In this document: piece by piece, positions 23,718 through 33,066 of the stretch | Layout: each line of letters starts with the position of its first letter | Position numbering within the stretch: position 1 is the first letter of the stretch | IMG/VR virus record: IMGVR_UViG_3300025133_000038 | Span: 32,001 to 96,000 of that record | Length of the DNA stretch: 64,000 bases | DNA from: a virus | Strand: one strand, 5' to 3' | Position numbers and translations under genes: made by a program | Notes under the pieces: generated by a model | The model's input: the letters and a program-made list of their open reading frames with translations, nothing else | The model's database searches: none | Told to the model about the DNA's origin: nothing

Positions 23718-24862
23718 TGAAATACCTTAATAAGATTAAGCAGATAGTTGGCTCTAAAAAGAAGGTCGTACTAACCGTCACTGGTGGTGGGACCGGAGTG
23801 TTTGGACACCTACTAAACTATGGTGGTGGGTCGGAGTTCCTAGTAGAGGGTATTATCAACTACTCTATGGAGAGTACTCAAGACCTAATAGGTACACCAG
23901 ACAGTTATGTTAGTAAGGAGGCCGCCCTTAAGTTGGCGGTAGCTGCCTACCAACGGTGTGTCAAGCTGGGTGTTGACCCTAAGGAAGCACACGGAGTATC
24001 AACAACGGCCAAGCTGGTGACTGAGGGTGAGCGAGAGGGTAGGGTCCATGAGATTTACGCGGCCTACCACTCAAACGACAAGTCCTCGTATGTCCACCTG
24101 AGGTTTGAACATGATAGGTCTCGCGTGCAAGAGGAGTATCTCTGTGAGAACTTTATCTTAGATGCCCTAAACCAATGGTTCTGTGGGGTGGACATTGCTG
24201 ATAAAAAGAACGGTCTTTTTACCTGCATGAAAAAGCCAGAGGTTATAGTGGGAGATACGTGTGAGACTAGCCCTGAAATAAAAGAAATAATTCGCGACAA
24301 CCGGAAAGTAATCGTTATTCATAAGTCTGAGGGCACTTGGAGCCAGCGAGATTTGGAGAAGAGTCGTCCCCTTATTTTTCCTGGGTCGTTTAATCCTATT
24401 CATGCTCAACACCTAAGGATGGCTGACGCTGCCTATAAGAAAACAGATAAGCAGGTATGGCTAGAACTATCTATAGGTAATACAGACAAGCCAGCTCTTG
24501 ATTATATTACTTTGAGGGATAGAGTCTTAGATATTATAAATAAGGTTGCCTCTAGGGATAGTGTCGCTGGGGTAGTCATTTCTAATGCACCACTCTTTAT
24601 CCAAAAAGCTGAGGCTATCAACAGTTGTGCTACCTTTCTAATGGGGATGGACACATTCAATAGAATGAATGAAAAGAAGTATTATCCCAAGGAAACTAAA
24701 CATATCCTTGATGGCTATTGGGTAAAGCTAATGGTCTTCAGTAGGAAGGGAGACAAGAGAATTTATCCTTCTGAGTTTGGAGACATAACAACTTTCATTT
24801 CAAAGCAAGAGTATAAAGATACCGGACTATCGTCCACACAGATTCGCAACGCTAAAAATTAA
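23714..24862 (+). CDS. CinA/PncC-like plus cytidylyltransferase (NadD-like) fusion
   Basis: TGGG...GGGS..L.E...Y...VS.E.A..LA; FPGSFNPIHAQH, F..KA, G.DT, SSTQIR. Confidence 0.8.
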   Translation: MMKYLNKIKQIVGSKKKVVLTVTGGGTGVFGHLLNYGGGSEFLVEGIINYSMESTQDLIGTPDSYVSKEAALKLAVAAYQRCVKLGVDPKEAHGVSTTAKLVTEGEREGRVHEIYAAYHSNDKSSYVHLRFEHDRSRVQEEYLCENFILDALNQWFCGVDIADKKNGLFTCMKKPEVIVGDTCETSPEIKEIIRDNRKVIVIHKSEGTWSQRDLEKSRPLIFPGSFNPIHAQHLRMADAAYKKTDKQVWLELSIGNTDKPALDYITLRDRVLDIINKVASRDSVAGVVISNAPLFIQKAEAINSCATFLMGMDTFNRMNEKKYYPKETKHILDGYWVKLMVFSRKGDKRIYPSEFGDITTFISKQEYKDTGLSSTQIRNAKN

Positions 24863-24874
24863 GAGGCACTACAG

Positions 24875-25519
24875 ATGAGTATTGATATAGTAGCAATTGG
24901 AGACCAACTGATTGAATATCCCGAAGCTAAAGAAGAGAACTTCGAGGTATCTTTTGATAAATATCTAACCATAGCAAAGAAAACAATAAGAACTTTTGCT
25001 GCTAGGTTTCGTCCAGGTCTAGTAGAACAAATGATGAAGAGCGATGACGCTATTTCCAATGTAGCAACAGCTATTATGATGGCTGACTGGAGATGGAGTT
25101 CTGAGTATAAGAGCAGTACTGGCAAAGTAAGAACTAAGTATTGCTATCGTAATCAGTGTGCCATCTGGGCTATTCAAGCCTACGTTGGTAGACAAGCTAA
25201 GGCTCCAAGGGTTGATTCCTTAGATAGAACCCTGACTCACGACAGCGAAAAAGAAAATAGTCTTTCACATAAGATTCCTTCAAAAGATTTGGGACCGCAG
25301 GAACAAGCAGAGAGTAATGAGAGTAAGAAGGTTTTAGATAAGATTCTTAATCGTTCAGGTCTAACAAACAAACAAGATAAGTATATTAAGCAGTACCACA
25401 TGGAGGGCTTGACGTATCAGCAGATTGCTGACCAAGTAGGTTCAACGAGAGAAGCTGTTCGTCAAATTGTAGATAGAGCAATGAGTAACATTCGTCAATT
25501 CGGAGACATCCATGAGTAA
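24875..25519 (+). CDS. sigma70-family RNA polymerase sigma factor
   Basis: Region 2-like Y...A.WAI; region 4 LT..Q.....Y..EG.TYQQIA..VG.TREAVRQ. Confidence 0.8.
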   Translation: MSIDIVAIGDQLIEYPEAKEENFEVSFDKYLTIAKKTIRTFAARFRPGLVEQMMKSDDAISNVATAIMMADWRWSSEYKSSTGKVRTKYCYRNQCAIWAIQAYVGRQAKAPRVDSLDRTLTHDSEKENSLSHKIPSKDLGPQEQAESNESKKVLDKILNRSGLTNKQDKYIKQYHMEGLTYQQIADQVGSTREAVRQIVDRAMSNIRQFGDIHE

Positions 25520-26051
25520 TATTCAAAAAGATTTAGCATTTGGTCGGGCAGCAGAAGATAGGGTCGTTAAGCTATACAAGTCCAGCGGCTTCGACTCTAA
25601 CATCCAACCAAACAAAGGTAAATTTTCTGACTGGGATATTGAAAGTAAATGCCCTATAAAAGGAACTTTGCTTTTTCACAACTTTACCACTGAGGTGAAG
25701 CATGATGCGTATGCTGCTCGTAGTGGTAACATTGCAATCGAAATGTTTAACCCTAAGTCTGGCAAACCTAGTGGTTTAATGGCTACAAAAGCAGACTTAT
25801 GGGTACACATCATATCGGACGGTGTTTATGTTGCTAACACAGAGCGGTTGAAAAAGTGGGTAAATGACACGCCCCCTAAGAGAGTTATAACTGCGGGTGG
25901 TGATGGCAATGCGACACTTTATCTGTATAGTATTGATGTTATCTTCGATGAAACAGAGGGCTCATTGTTCACAGAGATAGATGAATTGGACTCAGACAGC
26001 AGAAGAGAGGTAATTTTTGGCTGTTTAAATGAAGATTTACGGATGCTTTAA
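25512..26051 (+). CDS. PD-(D/E)XK nuclease-like protein
   Basis: G..AE, WD, EVKHD...SGNIAIE, SGL..TKAD.W. Confidence 0.7.
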   Translation: MSNIQKDLAFGRAAEDRVVKLYKSSGFDSNIQPNKGKFSDWDIESKCPIKGTLLFHNFTTEVKHDAYAARSGNIAIEMFNPKSGKPSGLMATKADLWVHIISDGVYVANTERLKKWVNDTPPKRVITAGGDGNATLYLYSIDVIFDETEGSLFTEIDELDSDSRREVIFGCLNEDLRML

Positions 26052-26070
26052 TAACTAACCACTTAATTTA

Positions 26071-26080
26071 GGGTATAATA
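26071..26080 (+). promoter_or_regulatory. GGGTATAATA motif (class 2 promoter variant)
   Basis: TATAAT lies 4 nt before a GTG start with no RBS. Confidence 0.5.
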
Positions 26081-26083
26081 CTA

Positions 26084-26431
26084 GTGAACGTACAAATAAA
26101 ACTATTGATATTAAGCCTCGACTATAAAGACAACTCTGTTTTTATCTTGTCTGACGAGGAAAGCGAGGCTAAATTGCCTTCTGTCACCCTTAAAGAGGGT
26201 GACTTAGACAGGCAAATAAAGAGATTATTTAAGGAGTATTGTAATCTTAGTTGGGGTTTTATCTCTTGTGAACTAACAGATGTTAAACAGAAAAAAGATA
26301 TTCTTGAAGTTTATTACGGGATTATCGTTCCTAATGATATCATTATGAACAAAGGCTATAAATACATTGTTGGCCCTGCTGAGGGTGAGGAACTTAGGAC
26401 TTTAGTTAGTGGAGTGGCGAATACATTATGA
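26084..26431 (+). CDS. hypothetical protein (degenerate Nudix-like fold possible)
   Basis: LP...L.E.....RL..EY pattern without a full Nudix box. Confidence 0.6.
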   Translation: MNVQIKLLILSLDYKDNSVFILSDEESEAKLPSVTLKEGDLDRQIKRLFKEYCNLSWGFISCELTDVKQKKDILEVYYGIIVPNDIIMNKGYKYIVGPAEGEELRTLVSGVANTL

Positions 26432-26874
26432 GTAGATTTTTAGATAGGCTTGTTGGACTAGACCTACCAACAGCAGAGCGTTTACTAGAGATACAAGCAC
26501 AAAAACTTCTCCAAGACAGGGCATTAGAGATGGCTTCCCGGTCGCCCGAGTCTATTGAGTTGGGTGGTCTTGCTAGTGATTCTCTTGCCCAGGTTAAGAT
26601 TGTACTGAAGTCAGACAATGACTGTAATGTTATTCTAGAGATAGCGGAAGACCTAAGTACACAAGAGGAGGCTTCAGCTATTGCTCGAATGCTATTCTCT
26701 CTTAATGAGGGTAAGATGAAGGGGACGTTTGCTGGTATCATTCAGCAACAGATGCTAACTGATGTTAGGGACACTAATTTTGGTCAGGCTATTATGGATG
26801 CTTGGGAACAAGAGTATGCTGAGCATGATGATGACTGTGTCCCTCCCTCTCAAGCACTAACGGGAGCACCCTAA
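26428..26874 (+). CDS. hypothetical protein
   Basis: ATGA overlap; 148 aa. Confidence 0.7.
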   Translation: MSRFLDRLVGLDLPTAERLLEIQAQKLLQDRALEMASRSPESIELGGLASDSLAQVKIVLKSDNDCNVILEIAEDLSTQEEASAIARMLFSLNEGKMKGTFAGIIQQQMLTDVRDTNFGQAIMDAWEQEYAEHDDDCVPPSQALTGAP

Positions 26875-27830
26875 TGTTAGCATACTTAGGCATAGTAAAC
26901 TATGTAGTTAGATGTGGCGTCCGTAAGAAGAACAGAACTGGTATCGACACCATCGTTGTTCCTAATATGCACTTCAATCACGATATGAGTGAGGGATTTC
27001 CCGCTCTGACTACTAAGAAGTTGGCCTTCAAGACACTGAGTGTGGAGCTTGAGGGTTTTATTGGTGGTATCACAAGTAAGAAGTGGTATCAGGAACGTGG
27101 TTGTAAGATTTGGGATGAGTGGGCTAATCCTGAGGCCGTTAATGAAGTGGTCAGGGGAGATTGGAACGTCATTAGTAATGGTGTTGACTACCCCTTTCCA
27201 GATAGGAAGAAGATACAGGCGAGACTTAATGACCTTGGACCTATCTATGGTTATCAGTGGAGAAGATTCAACGTCCCTTATGACTCAGACGAATACATCC
27301 TACACTCAGGCCAGCCAGAGTGTCCCGTCAATGAGAAGTTAGAACCTCACGACGAACCCTACGACCAACTAGCAACCATAGTTAAAACACTAAAGGAAAA
27401 CCCTAACGACAGGCGTATGGTCTGCTCAGCATGGAATCCCAATCAACTAAGTCAGATGGCCCTGCCACCATGTCACTTTGTGTGGGAGCTAACCCACGTT
27501 GACGGAACACTAAACTTACACTGGACCCAGCGGTCATGCGACCTGATGCTCGGTGTCCCCTTTAATATTGCAAGCTATGCTCTACTACTAGAGCTACTAG
27601 CTAAAGAAGCTGGCATGAAGCCAGGAAATCTCAGTGGTATGTTGTGTGACTGCCATATATATGAGAACCAAATTGAAGGAGCTAAGCTTCAACTGAAGCG
27701 AGAGCCCCTTAAACTACCTACTTTAAAAATCTCTAACTTTACCAATATTTTTGAATGGACACACGAAGACGTAGAATTGATTGACTATAATAACCTCGGC
27801 AAGATTGACTTTGGTGGAGTAGCGGTATGA
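26874..27830 (+). CDS. thyA: thymidylate synthase
   Basis: RTG, LTTKK, IWDEW, LGPIYGYQWR, LPPCH, QRSCD..LGVPFN, HIYEN. Confidence 0.97.
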   Translation: MLAYLGIVNYVVRCGVRKKNRTGIDTIVVPNMHFNHDMSEGFPALTTKKLAFKTLSVELEGFIGGITSKKWYQERGCKIWDEWANPEAVNEVVRGDWNVISNGVDYPFPDRKKIQARLNDLGPIYGYQWRRFNVPYDSDEYILHSGQPECPVNEKLEPHDEPYDQLATIVKTLKENPNDRRMVCSAWNPNQLSQMALPPCHFVWELTHVDGTLNLHWTQRSCDLMLGVPFNIASYALLLELLAKEAGMKPGNLSGMLCDCHIYENQIEGAKLQLKREPLKLPTLKISNFTNIFEWTHEDVELIDYNNLGKIDFGGVAV

Positions 27831-27838
27831 GGAATAAC

Positions 27839-28441
27839 ATGTCTGAAAAGAAGAAAACGTCACCCCAAGAAATAATCAAGAGAGCGCATAAGTCTGCTTC
27901 TATGGCTATCGGAGATAACTTCGAAGCTATAACTGCTGATGAAGCACACACTAGAACAGATGACAAGCGGTTCATTGCTTGGGAGAAATGGGTTGACCCA
28001 TATGGAGACAACTGGGAAGAGCATGAATGGCCTGGGGCTTTTAGTCCTGGTGGTGCTGAGATGGAATTTGACGAAGATAATATCGAAGAGGTAGGTATGC
28101 CTATCGACCTAGGTAGAAATATCCGAATCTTAAATACTCCGCTTGGTATTATTCCACTAACCGAAGAGAGTAAACCTAGTACTGTATTCAACTTCTGGCT
28201 AGCTGTAACCAACTTTCCAATTACTAGAAAGATGGTCTCTATTCTAGACGATGTAGAAGGAGTAGAAATACTAACTATCTATACCAGGTACAGATTCCGT
28301 ATTAGTATAGGTAAGTTGTTTAAGGACCGTGAAGTAATGGACAGGATTAATAGAAGAATGGCCGCATACCTTGAACACAAAGAGAGTAAAAAATGCCAAT
28401 TAAACTTAACGGGCGAACTCTACAGGAAAAAAGCCAACTAA
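27839..28441 (+). CDS. conserved phage hypothetical protein
   Basis: WEKWVDP, TP.G, FNFW...TNF.I, GVE.L...TRYRFR..IGKLF. Confidence 0.75.
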   Translation: MSEKKKTSPQEIIKRAHKSASMAIGDNFEAITADEAHTRTDDKRFIAWEKWVDPYGDNWEEHEWPGAFSPGGAEMEFDEDNIEEVGMPIDLGRNIRILNTPLGIIPLTEESKPSTVFNFWLAVTNFPITRKMVSILDDVEGVEILTIYTRYRFRISIGKLFKDREVMDRINRRMAAYLEHKESKKCQLNLTGELYRKKAN

Positions 28442-29073
28442 TATCTGATATACACGACCACTCTATAAACTATGAGTCTCGTGAGATATACATGCACTCT
28501 GCCTTTCAAGAAGAGGAGGAGGGTGTTGACTTTAGGATGTGTACTAAGTTAGTAAAGAACCTAAACATCCTATTTCACATGTCTCCCACTGAACCTATCT
28601 TGATTCATCAGCTTACGGTTGGTGGAGACTGGAACTATGGAATGGCAATGTATGATGCTATTAAGTCATGTTCATCTTCTATCACTGTCCTTGCTTATGG
28701 ACATGCAGGCTCAATGAGTAGCCTTATCTTTCAAGCGGCTGACTATCGCGTCCTGATGCCTAACTGTGAGTTTATGATTCACGAAGGGCAGATGGGTGCC
28801 GATGGAACAACCAAAGGTTTCTTATCTGTAGCTGAACAGCTAAAGAAAGACAACAAGACCATGATTGACATCTATCTTGAGAAGACCAAGAAGGGTGAGA
28901 AATGGAAAGGTAAGACAGACAACTGGATTCGCAAACAACTACAAACAAAGATGGACCTCAAACAAGAATGGTACTTAAACTCAAGGAGCGCTGTGGAATA
29001 TGGATTTGCAGATGCTGTTCTTGGAGATGAGAACTATGAGAACATCGAAGTATTATTAAGGCACGAGGAATAA
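28393..29073 (+). CDS. clpP: ClpP-like protease subunit
   Basis: GGD...G.A.YD, G.AGSM, FMIH, A.EYGFAD. Confidence 0.88.
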   Translation: MPIKLNGRTLQEKSQLISDIHDHSINYESREIYMHSAFQEEEEGVDFRMCTKLVKNLNILFHMSPTEPILIHQLTVGGDWNYGMAMYDAIKSCSSSITVLAYGHAGSMSSLIFQAADYRVLMPNCEFMIHEGQMGADGTTKGFLSVAEQLKKDNKTMIDIYLEKTKKGEKWKGKTDNWIRKQLQTKMDLKQEWYLNSRSAVEYGFADAVLGDENYENIEVLLRHEE

Positions 29074-29715
29074 ATGTATGTAGAATTAGCCTGCTTAGAC
29101 AAAACCTCTACAGCAGATGACACAAGAAAACATGTTTTTGCAGCGAGCGAACTAGCCCTAAACGGAGTAGTGGTTCTACCGCCCTATATCACCGAGGCAA
29201 GACAGTATGTTCCAGACATGGTATTAGCGGCGCCTATAGACTATCCTTATGGGACTATGGATACCAAAATACGGGAACATGCTGTGCTTTCAGCACTCAG
29301 AAAAGGAGCCAATACGGTTGATTTGGTTCTGAACCATACGATGGTGGTGAATAAGAGGCTTGAGGCCATGCTCGATGATATTGAGACATGTCAAAAGATA
29401 TGCTATGAGAATAGAGCCGCCCTCAGAATCATGCTAGAATATAGAATATATGATAATTCTAAGCTATTTCTTGACACGCTGGATATGCTAGAGCTAATAG
29501 GGGTTGAATACGTTCTTCCTGCAACAGGGCTTAGGGTAGATAATTTTACCGATAGTCTTATGGCCTCTAGAGGTATGACTCAAAGAAATAACCTTAAAAT
29601 CATAATGAATGGTGGGATTTTTACCAAAGAACAGTATGAAATAGTTAAAAAGGCTGGTATTTATGGAATTAGATTTACGTCCATTCCACTGGTTCAAAAT
29701 ATTTTCGGTGTATAA
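29074..29715 (+). CDS. DeoC-like TIM barrel, probably catalytically inactive
   Basis: IDYPYG, GA..VDLV.N, ..LE, .TG, GGI...G..GIR; Schiff-base Lys absent. Confidence 0.75.
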   Translation: MYVELACLDKTSTADDTRKHVFAASELALNGVVVLPPYITEARQYVPDMVLAAPIDYPYGTMDTKIREHAVLSALRKGANTVDLVLNHTMVVNKRLEAMLDDIETCQKICYENRAALRIMLEYRIYDNSKLFLDTLDMLELIGVEYVLPATGLRVDNFTDSLMASRGMTQRNNLKIIMNGGIFTKEQYEIVKKAGIYGIRFTSIPLVQNIFGV

Positions 29716-29717
29716 TA
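29707..29717 (+). promoter_or_regulatory. GGTGTATAATA motif (class 2 promoter)
   Basis: Upstream of the putative structural gene at 29794. Confidence 0.6.
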
Positions 29718-29793
29718 GAATGAAGAAGAATAAGGATTTGATTATAGGAATTACACAGGATAGGTGTTAGTAGCAATATAAAGGTAAATTCAA

Positions 29794-30687
29794 ATGGCTA
29801 CAAAAAACATCACAGCTTTCAAGATTGTCAACCCAGCAGCAGGTAACGATTATTTCGATACATCCGCTACCGCTACTACGAGTTCGACACAACCTACCCT
29901 TAATGTTGGTAGGGCTACAAACTTAGGTACATCCGCAAGCACTACAAGTGCAGGCATGACCCGTATTGATATGGGTGACGGTGGACGTACTATCTTTGGT
30001 TCACAAGTACTTGTTTCTGCTCGTCAGGGCGTTCAAGGTGCTGACGTATCCGGCTCAACAGCTATCACTAGTGTCGCAGATAGTAGCGGCTTAGCTTTGT
30101 TTACTTTGACCAGTCACGGTCTAAGTGTTGGAGATAGCATCGTTGTTTTAGATGATGGTACTAATAAGGGTGTTACGGGTCCACAAAGAGTTATTGAGGT
30201 TCCTCTCTCTAGTACTTTCCGCACAGACAAGGCATATGCCGCTGCTGTTGGAAGTCTAACCTACGGTACTGTCCAAGGCGACTTCGCCACAATGACAGCG
30301 GGACAATATGTTGCCCGTCGTGTTAGCGGTATGACTCTTCGTGGTACAGCAAGCAACATTCTTAGGAGTGGTGGTTCTGACTATGCGATTCGTCGTTCTA
30401 TTCATAAAGTAGAAACCGCATTCCGTCACGACGGTGTTGCTACTGCTATCCGTGCTGGTTATTGGGATGAGTACAGTGCTACGTTCACTACTGCCCCAAC
30501 AGCTACTAATAGCAGCGTTGGAAATGTCGCTGGCTCTACCGTTACTGATGGTACTGCTGACCATGCAGCCCAACCTACTCGCGCTATTCCAGGTGAACTG
30601 GTTTATCGTCAGAGTGGTGCGCAAACTGCTGGTGTTGCTGCCGCAGACGGTGTCCAACTTGATGACTATGTCGCAAAGACTGGATAA
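29794..30687 (+). CDS. putative virion structural protein
   Basis: A/T/S/G-rich; HGLSVGDSIVV repeat-like motif; PTRAIPGELVY; followed by a terminator. Confidence 0.6.
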   Translation: MATKNITAFKIVNPAAGNDYFDTSATATTSSTQPTLNVGRATNLGTSASTTSAGMTRIDMGDGGRTIFGSQVLVSARQGVQGADVSGSTAITSVADSSGLALFTLTSHGLSVGDSIVVLDDGTNKGVTGPQRVIEVPLSSTFRTDKAYAAAVGSLTYGTVQGDFATMTAGQYVARRVSGMTLRGTASNILRSGGSDYAIRRSIHKVETAFRHDGVATAIRAGYWDEYSATFTTAPTATNSSVGNVAGSTVTDGTADHAAQPTRAIPGELVYRQSGAQTAGVAAADGVQLDDYVAKTG

Positions 30688-30697
30688 TCTAGCTTAA

Positions 30698-30739
30698 GAG
30701 GTCTGCCTAGTGGAAAAACTAGGTAGACCTTCTTTTTTT
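30698..30739 (+). terminator. intrinsic terminator
   Basis: AGGTCTGCCTAGT-GGAAAA-ACTAGGTAGACCT followed by a T-run. Confidence 0.85.
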
Positions 30740-30768
30740 ACCTTATCCATACCTGAGAGAGTGCAACT

Positions 30769-31095
30769 ATGGACAAAAAGTATATAGAGTATATAGCAAC
30801 TGTCATGATTACAATTGTTATAAGTATGACGGGCTTCTGGATGATGATGGGAAGAAACTATGTCACCAGAGCAGAAGTGAATGTCATAGCTGAAGAAAAG
30901 ATGCGTTCGGTAGACGGCAAATTAAACCTATATCTTAAAAGAGAAGATAAGTTAGAGGTTATAATTAACCAGAATACGAATGCTATAAATGAATTTAAAG
31001 TTCAATCTGCAATCTTAAACCAAACTCTTCAACATATGCAAAAGCAAATGGAAAACAGAGACCTTGCGTTTGATAAATTAAGGGATGCTATGTAA
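30769..31095 (+). CDS. membrane-anchored coiled-coil protein
   Basis: N-terminal TM helix then heptad repeats. Confidence 0.65.
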   Translation: MDKKYIEYIATVMITIVISMTGFWMMMGRNYVTRAEVNVIAEEKMRSVDGKLNLYLKREDKLEVIINQNTNAINEFKVQSAILNQTLQHMQKQMENRDLAFDKLRDAM

Positions 31096-31775
31096 TGGAA
31101 AGAATACTAATGCCGTATGAGCAAGGGAAAGTCCTTGTTAATGAGGCTGACGTTCTATTATTTAGGGGAACTGGTTGGGCTAGTTATTTTTTAAGCCGAA
31201 GCGGTAAGAGTACGTACACCCATGTAGCTATGGCCTCATGGATTAATGGGCGTGCTAATACCCCTGATGGTATTCTTGAGTGTGTAGAATTTAGGGAGGG
31301 CAGCCCTGTAGCGGGGCTGTTCAACTCTAATGCTGCTGGTAGTGGGCGTGCCGTTAACTTGAGCCGGGAAGTTGATAAATATCCTGGTTGTATTGACGTA
31401 TATCGCCCTATACCCTATTGCACTAAGTGGGTCTTTGATGAAGAGAACGAAGACCTCAAATTGGAAAGAACATTCCTTGTTCATAAGGATGTTACAGATA
31501 CAATGAGAAGGCTTACAGGTCTTCCCTATGGTTGGAGAAGAATCTGGTGGCTTGCCAAGCAAAGCATGGCTGGCTTCAGATTGTTCACAAACGTAGAAAG
31601 CCTACAGGATGATGAAAGCGGAGACATAATCTATCCAGTATGCAGTACTGCTGTCGCCTATTGCTTTAATAAAAACGGGTTCGACCTTATCAATAACAAG
31701 TCCGACGAGTGGACAGAACCAGGGGACGTTGCTCGTTCAGCGAGACTTTCTTATCTTTTCACGCTCGAACCTTGA
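31095..31775 (+). CDS. permuted papain-like amidase (YaeF/YiiX, C92-like)
   Basis: ADVLLF, YTHVAM (His) precedes VCSTAVAY (Cys), then PGD. Confidence 0.8.
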   Translation: MERILMPYEQGKVLVNEADVLLFRGTGWASYFLSRSGKSTYTHVAMASWINGRANTPDGILECVEFREGSPVAGLFNSNAAGSGRAVNLSREVDKYPGCIDVYRPIPYCTKWVFDEENEDLKLERTFLVHKDVTDTMRRLTGLPYGWRRIWWLAKQSMAGFRLFTNVESLQDDESGDIIYPVCSTAVAYCFNKNGFDLINNKSDEWTEPGDVARSARLSYLFTLEP

Positions 31776-31799
31776 CAAAATCGCTTTATCCTCTATAAT
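31772..31799 (+). promoter_or_regulatory. sigma70-type promoter
   Basis: TTGACA-N16-TATAAT. Confidence 0.85.
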
Positions 31800-31838
31800 A
31801 AGAGTGTTGAAACCAGATTCTCAAAAGGGAGTTAGTCT

Positions 31839-32357
31839 ATGAAGTTTCTTGTTTTTCTTACTGTTTTGTTGAGTTCCACCATTTCCTATGGTTTGGATAC
31901 AATTCATGTAGACAACCTTGTTGTTACGGAAAACGTAGACCTTATAGAAACCAACCACTTCTATGATGATGCTGGTAGGCTTGTTTTCGACCAAGCAATC
32001 TTTTATCAGTGGGAGTCATACCCTGGTAATCGCTATCAAGTAATAGCATGGAGGTTGATAAAGCACAACAATCAGCTTCCGACATATAATTATCAAACAA
32101 ATAGATATGAATGTGTTTGGATGGACGGGCATACTCTGCGAAGAGTAAGAAGCAAGCAGGTTAGAGAGACGTGGACCCAGCATGACCCAGAGATTCTAGA
32201 GCGAGAGCATTTCCCCAAAGAACATAGAAGAAACCTAATCAAACCTAGAATAAAAGAACCTCTTCTTGAGAAAAACCCCTTTGGCTTCCTAAATAAAGCA
32301 GTAGATGGCATAGTTATATTTAAGGGAACATTGGTGGAGTTGAAAAAAACATGGTAG
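31839..32357 (+). CDS. secreted hypothetical protein resembling a planctomycete family
   Basis: Signal peptide; VDLIE.NHFYD..GR.VFDQ.IFY.W...AWRL...ETWTQ.DPE..ER. Confidence 0.7.
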   Translation: MKFLVFLTVLLSSTISYGLDTIHVDNLVVTENVDLIETNHFYDDAGRLVFDQAIFYQWESYPGNRYQVIAWRLIKHNNQLPTYNYQTNRYECVWMDGHTLRRVRSKQVRETWTQHDPEILEREHFPKEHRRNLIKPRIKEPLLEKNPFGFLNKAVDGIVIFKGTLVELKKTW

Positions 32358-32803
32358 ACCACAAATGGAAGAAGAGATTTATAGAACTAGCCAAGCATGT
32401 GTCTGAATGGTCACAAGACCCATCTACCCAAGTTGGTTCAGTAATAGTAAGACCTAATAAAAGCATCGCTTCCTTAGGGTTCAATGGGTTTCCACAAGGC
32501 GTAGAGGACACAAAAGAAAGATACTTAGATAGAGAAATGAAGTTAAAGTTGATGGTTCATGCAGAGCAAAACGCAATTCTTTTTGCTAATGAATCATTGA
32601 TAGGGTACACAATATTTACCTACCCTCTTTTTCCCTGCTCTATATGTGCGGGTTTTATTATACAGAGTGGTATAACCAGGGTTATTTCTCCAAGTTCAAC
32701 CTATGGGAAGTATAGGATGCCTAATACTAGGTGGGATGAGTCTAATAAGCTGGCTAAGTCTATGTTTGACGAGTGCGGCGTGTCCTATGAGGAATTAATT
32801 TAA
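32351..32803 (+). CDS. dCMP deaminase
   Basis: S.DP..QVG, GFNGFP, HAEQNAI, PCSICA. Confidence 0.93.
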   Translation: MVDHKWKKRFIELAKHVSEWSQDPSTQVGSVIVRPNKSIASLGFNGFPQGVEDTKERYLDREMKLKLMVHAEQNAILFANESLIGYTIFTYPLFPCSICAGFIIQSGITRVISPSSTYGKYRMPNTRWDESNKLAKSMFDECGVSYEELI

Positions 32804-32842
32804 AAAAACAAAGTGACCACCACTTTACTTATGTAGTAAGGC

Positions 32843-32853
32843 GGTGTATAATA
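32843..32853 (+). promoter_or_regulatory. GGTGTATAATA motif (class 2 promoter)
   Basis: Heads a structured non-coding segment. Confidence 0.6.
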
Positions 32854-32856
32854 AGA

Positions 32857-33046
32857 TTAGAGTTGGAGCATAAAGAGCAGAGATTCACTTCTCACGTTAA
32901 AGCGACACCACTCCAACCTTACTATGACCGATGAGTGCAACAGACTATTAAAGATGTTTTACTAACCAAGATTGCGCAGCAGGTTATCTCAACAGTGTCG
33001 CTTCAAAATTTACAGACCTGTCACAGTAATGTGGCGGGTCTTTTTT
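32857..33046 (+). ncRNA. putative pseudoknotted sRNA or leader RNA
   Basis: GTTGGAG/CTCCAAC stem; 9-bp crossing pair AAGCGACAC/GTGTCGCTT; ends in a terminator. Confidence 0.6.
33014..33046 (+). terminator. intrinsic terminator
   Basis: AGACCTGTCAC-AGTAAT-GTGGCGGGTCT followed by a T-run. Confidence 0.85.
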
Positions 33047-33066
33047 ACGTCTGGAAAGGAAATATT

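Noticed and set aside
32935-33066. N-terminal extension of the 33067 ORF, and a canonical cobalamin riboswitch
   Set aside because: The extension crosses a terminator and the RBS is at 33067; only a short AGACCTG resembles the B12 element
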